This document shows, one piece after another, positions 8,781-11,868 of a stretch of DNA of 11,868 nt. The position numbers and the translations under genes were made by a program. The number at the start of each line of letters is the position of its first letter. Positions within the stretch are counted from its first letter, which is position 1. The notes under the pieces are model-generated. The model was not told the origin of the DNA. It worked only from the letters and a program-made list of their open reading frames with translations, and searched no databases. The DNA is from Chloroflexota bacterium (GTDB lineage: Bacteria > Chloroflexota > Dehalococcoidia > UBA2979). The stretch spans positions 1-11,868 of the forward strand of contig JAQCIU010000062.1 in the NCBI GenBank assembly GCA_027593235.1. The letters run 5' to 3'.

Positions 8781-8882
8781 ACGAATGGCCATGAGGGTTC
8801 ACGATGACTGGCGAATACCCCGGCTGTCACCGAACATCAGAGGACGGGCGGACACGGCCTTGAACACGCCGGATGGGACGTT

Positions 8883-9899
8883 ATAAAGATCCTGCTCTTG
8901 GGCGCTGGCGGATTCATTGGATCGCACCTGGTCGAGTTCCTGCTCGAGCGCGGTGAGCATTCCATTGTTGGCGTCGACATCACGGCCGAAAAACTCGAGG
9001 GGATCGAAGGATCCGCTTTCACGTTCCACGAGCTGGATGTCAACGAGGTCCCGGACGAGCTGGTACGCGACGCGGATGTCGTGGTCGACCTGATCGCCTA
9101 CGCGAACCCCAGCATCTACGTGGAAGCGCCGCTCTCCGTCTACCAGCTCAACTTCGAAGAGAACATGAAGATCGTGGATCACTGCGTGCGCCACGGAAAG
9201 CGCCTGGTCCAGTACTCCACCTCCGAGGTCTACGGAAAGGCCGGCAACTCCGCCGAGGCCTACCGCGAGGACGAGAGCGATCTGGTGATGGGCCCCGTCA
9301 CCAAGCAGCGCTGGATCTACGCCGCCGCCAAGCAGCTCCTGGAGCGCGTGATCCACGCGTACAGCCTGCAGGGCGACCTGGAGTACACGATCATCCGGCC
9401 GTTCAACTTCATCGGCCCGCGCATCGACTACCTGGTCCCCGCGGGGACGATGGGTGGCCCGCGCGTCTTCGCGCACTTTATGTCCGCTTTGCTCGAGGGC
9501 GGCCCGATGCACCTCGTCGACGGCGGCCACGTGCATCGCACGTTCCTCAGCATCTTCGACGCCAACGAGGCGTTTCAGACGGTGCTCGATCACCCGCTGG
9601 CGCGGAACGAGATCTACAACTTCGGCAATCCCGGCAACAACACGACGATCCGCGAACTCGCGTCGGTGATGACGGACATCTACACCAAGATGGCCGGCCA
9701 GGCACCGCGCTGCGAGGTGGTCGAGGTCAGCGGCGAGACCTTCTACGGCCAGGGCTACGAGGACATGGACCGCGTGCCCCCGGATATCTCCAAGCTGATG
9801 GCGCTGGGCTGGGAGCCGAAGCACGACCTGCGGACGACGCTTGAGTCGACGATTGGCTACTACCTCACCGAGGCTGGCCGCGCCGCCGGGAGCGCATAG
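8883..9899 (+). CDS. NAD-dependent epimerase/decarboxylase (extended SDR) of the UDP-glucuronate decarboxylase group, resembling UDP-apiose/UDP-xylose synthase and the ArnA C-terminal domain
   Basis: (I)KILLLGAGGFIGSHL Rossmann motif; STSEVYGK; KQRWIYAAAKQLLER (YxxxK); TIIRPFNFIGPRIDY; LVDGG..RTF; NFGNPGN; FYGQGYEDMD; LGWEPK. The conserved first beta-strand begins at ATA 8883, upstream of the track's TTG at 8898. Confidence 0.9.
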   Translation: MKILLLGAGGFIGSHLVEFLLERGEHSIVGVDITAEKLEGIEGSAFTFHELDVNEVPDELVRDADVVVDLIAYANPSIYVEAPLSVYQLNFEENMKIVDHCVRHGKRLVQYSTSEVYGKAGNSAEAYREDESDLVMGPVTKQRWIYAAAKQLLERVIHAYSLQGDLEYTIIRPFNFIGPRIDYLVPAGTMGGPRVFAHFMSALLEGGPMHLVDGGHVHRTFLSIFDANEAFQTVLDHPLARNEIYNFGNPGNNTTIRELASVMTDIYTKMAGQAPRCEVVEVSGETFYGQGYEDMDRVPPDISKLMALGWEPKHDLRTTLESTIGYYLTEAGRAAGSA

Positions 9900-10012
9900 C
9901 GCTCGCTGGCCTCAGCGCTTCGGCGACCTCGACGCCTCGGTGACCGCGATGTGCCGCGGCGGGTCTGGGGCGCACGCACCCGCTGAACGCTGAACGGCGA
10001 TGCTCCGCTTAC

Positions 10013-11868
10013 TTAGGAGCGGGTCACGGCGGTGCCGTTCCGTTCCTGGCCCGCACCGCGGAACTCGTCCAGGCGCAGACCGCCGCCGCACCAGAAGATC
10101 CGGTCCTGCTTGAACCAGTTCGCCGGCGCCTCGTAGACGTTGCGATCGAAGACGTTGCCCTGCGGGCATTCGTACTTCGGCGCCCCGGACCAGCCGGCCA
10201 TGCCGAGGTGGCGGATCACGTTGTCGGTCACGATCACCCGCTCACTGCGGTAGGGGCCGCGTGGCCCGTTGCCGCGTGGCTGATCGACGACCGTGATGCC
10301 GTTTCCACCCTCGGCGGCGACGGTGACGGAGTTGCCCGTGACGCGCACGTCCGCGCTGTTCTGGACGAGGATCTGCGCGCCCCAGGCCCAGTTGTCGAAC
10401 CCGAGTCCGTTGAACCGCGCGACGTTGTCGCGGATCACCGCGTCGTACGAAATCTCGTGGACGATCCCGCCGCGGGTGTTCCATTCCGCCAGGTTGTTCG
10501 CGATCAGCACGTTGACGTTGTCGATGTCCGTCCAGATGCCGCGCCCGGCGTTGTGGTGCACCCAGTTCCCGCGGAACACCAGGTTGCGGGTCACCGCGAA
10601 CTTCGTGCCGCCGGCCTCCCACTCCTCCAGGAATCCGGCGGTGTGGTTGTAGGCGATCTCATTCCCGGTCACGAGCAGGTCGTTGCCGACGCCGCCGACC
10701 CCGAGCTGACCGTTGTGGTGCACGTAGTTGTTCAGCACGTGCATCCGCTGTCCGGTGCGCAGTCCGTAGCCGTGGTTCAGCCGCAACTCGTTCGCCTCGA
10801 CGACCCAGCCGTCGCCGTCTGAGCCATCCAGTGCACCCATCTGCGCGCGGCTGGCGTAGCGCTCGATCACGAGTCCGGCGATCCGCACGTCGCGGGCCTT
10901 GCCTCTGAACGCCTGCGGCGTCGTGCTGAGCTCGATCGTGCGACCGGCCGGGTTCGCGCCGACGTAGACGCGGTCGCGCCCGTAGTCGAAGTACCAGCGG
11001 CCCGCGGCGAGCTGACCGAGGCTGGACACCTGACGCCAGGTCGCGCCGTCCACGAAGAGCTGTTCCGGATGCCCGCAGCTGTCGTAGCGCGTCCCGTTGG
11101 CGAGGTACTCGCAGCCGCCGTGCGGGGCCAGCTCCGAGGTCTGTCCGCCGACCGCCCAGTAGCCGTCGCGTGCCGCGAAGCCAGTGAGCAGGCTGGCGCC
11201 GTTCAGCACGGCGCCCGGGCGGCCGAGGTAGCGATCGCCGTTGCGCGGGCGGATCGAGACGCCTCGATGCGTGCCGGGCGCGAAGACGAAGGTGGTGCCG
11301 GCTGGGTGTTTCGCGACGACGGCGGCGGCGTTCTGATCCGGCGCGATCGAAACCGCACCATCCGGGATCGACTGCGCGCGCACGCCCGCGTCGAATCCGC
11401 CGGTCGCGGGTTCGTCACCCGCGGACGGAGTGGGCGTTGGCGTCGGGGTTGGTGTCGGGGTCGGAGCTGGCGTTGGCGCCGGTGTTGGCTGCGGCGTCGG
11501 ACTCGGTGTCGGCGCTGGCAACGGAGCCGGCTGAGGCGTCGGTGACGGTGTGGGCGTCGGTGGCGGACCGGCGATCACCGGCGGCGTCGCGGTCGGCGAC
11601 GGGGTGGGTACCGGCGTGACCGCCAGCGGCGGTAGCAGTATCGGGACGGGCGGCGGAACCGGCGTGAACTGGACGGGCGGAACCAGCAGCAGTTGCTGCG
11701 GCGCCGGCGTCGCAGTCGGCACGGGGGTTGGGACCGGGGTCGGCACGGGGGTGCGCGCAGGCAGCGGCGTTGGTGTCGCGGTCGCGGTCGGCCGCGGTGT
11801 TGCCGTCGGCCGAGGTGTCGCGGTCGCGGTCGGCTGCGGTGTTGCCGTCGGCCGAGGTGTCGCCGTCG
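10013..11868 (-). CDS. Pro/Thr-rich stalk plus right-handed parallel beta-helix protein (5' end outside the window); paralogue of the gene at 75-2695
   Basis: The frame stays open from 11866 to the TAA at 10013-10015, so the track start at 11746 is internal. A long PT/PTAT linker is followed, from about 11368, by IPDGAVSI...[71 protein letters not shown]. Confidence 0.92.
   Translation of the reverse strand, partial: TATPRPTATPQPTATATPRPTATPRPTATATPTPLPARTPVPTPVPTPVPTATPAPQQLLLVPPVQFTPVPPPVPILLPPLAVTPVPTPSPTATPPVIAGPPPTPTPSPTPQPAPLPAPTPSPTPQPTPAPTPAPTPTPTPTPTPTPSAGDEPATGGFDAGVRAQSIPDGAVSIAPDQNAAAVVAKHPAGTTFVFAPGTHRGVSIRPRNGDRYLGRPGAVLNGASLLTGFAARDGYWAVGGQTSELAPHGGCEYLANGTRYDSCGHPEQLFVDGATWRQVSSLGQLAAGRWYFDYGRDRVYVGANPAGRTIELSTTPQAFRGKARDVRIAGLVIERYASRAQMGALDGSDGDGWVVEANELRLNHGYGLRTGQRMHVLNNYVHHNGQLGVGGVGNDLLVTGNEIAYNHTAGFLEEWEAGGTKFAVTRNLVFRGNWVHHNAGRGIWTDIDNVNVLIANNLAEWNTRGGIVHEISYDAVIRDNVARFNGLGFDNWAWGAQILVQNSADVRVTGNSVTVAAEGGNGITVVDQPRGNGPRGPYRSERVIVTDNVIRHLGMAGWSGAPKYECPQGNVFDRNVYEAPANWFKQDRIFWCGGGLRLDEFRGAGQERNGTAVTRS
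11772..11868. repeat. 42-bp tandem repeat (at least 2.3 copies) encoding [10 protein letters not shown](R/Q)PTA units of the Pro/Thr stalk
   Basis: Units begin at 11772, 11814 and 11856: ggtgtcgcggtcgcggtcggc(c/t)gcggtgttgccgtcggccga. The two full copies differ by one base. Confidence 0.9.

Noticed and set aside
8799-9824. 341-aa antisense ORF opposite the SDR, and similar shadows over cysDN, the GT4 and the last gene
   Set aside because: They have no recognisable domains and overlap well-supported genes on the other strand.
8883-9899. Calling the SDR arnA (lipid A L-Ara4N modification)
   Set aside because: No formyltransferase domain, no arn operon genes nearby, and several motifs are closer to UAXS. 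The gene symbol was left blank.
9900-10022. Possible terminator between the convergent SDR and beta-helix genes, and a CGCTGAA x2 repeat at 9981-9994
   Set aside because: Only short stems of about 5 bp without a U-tract. The 7-bp duplication is plausible by chance.
11772-11868. 42-bp repeats as a CRISPR array
   Set aside because: The repeats are contiguous with no spacers, have a period divisible by 3 and lie in frame within a Pro/Thr linker.

Overview
High-GC bacterial DNA; the Pro/Thr-linker style and CysD/CysN type suggest Chloroflexota or Actinomycetota (inference only). The window looks like a cell-surface glycan locus. Left to right: (1) the right end of an IS30-family element (last 21 codons of the transposase plus a 26-bp terminal inverted repeat, ending at 74); (2) the 3' part of a large gene apparently interrupted by that IS, encoding three ~105-aa beta-rich repeats and a right-handed parallel beta-helix, followed by an intrinsic terminator; (3) cysD-cysN (ATP sulfurylase, no fused APS kinase) on the minus strand; (4) a ~600-bp divergent intergenic region; (5) a fused ABC exporter, a GT4 glycosyltransferase and an extended SDR that resembles UDP-apiose/UDP-xylose synthase and the ArnA decarboxylase, whose conserved N-terminus has no canonical start codon; (6) a convergent second beta-helix paralogue with a long Pro/Thr stalk that runs off the right edge. 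The most interesting hypothesis is a system making a pentose/apiose-containing and possibly sulfated glycoconjugate, bracketed by two paralogous beta-helix proteins. All family calls come from motif recognition by eye; no searches were run.
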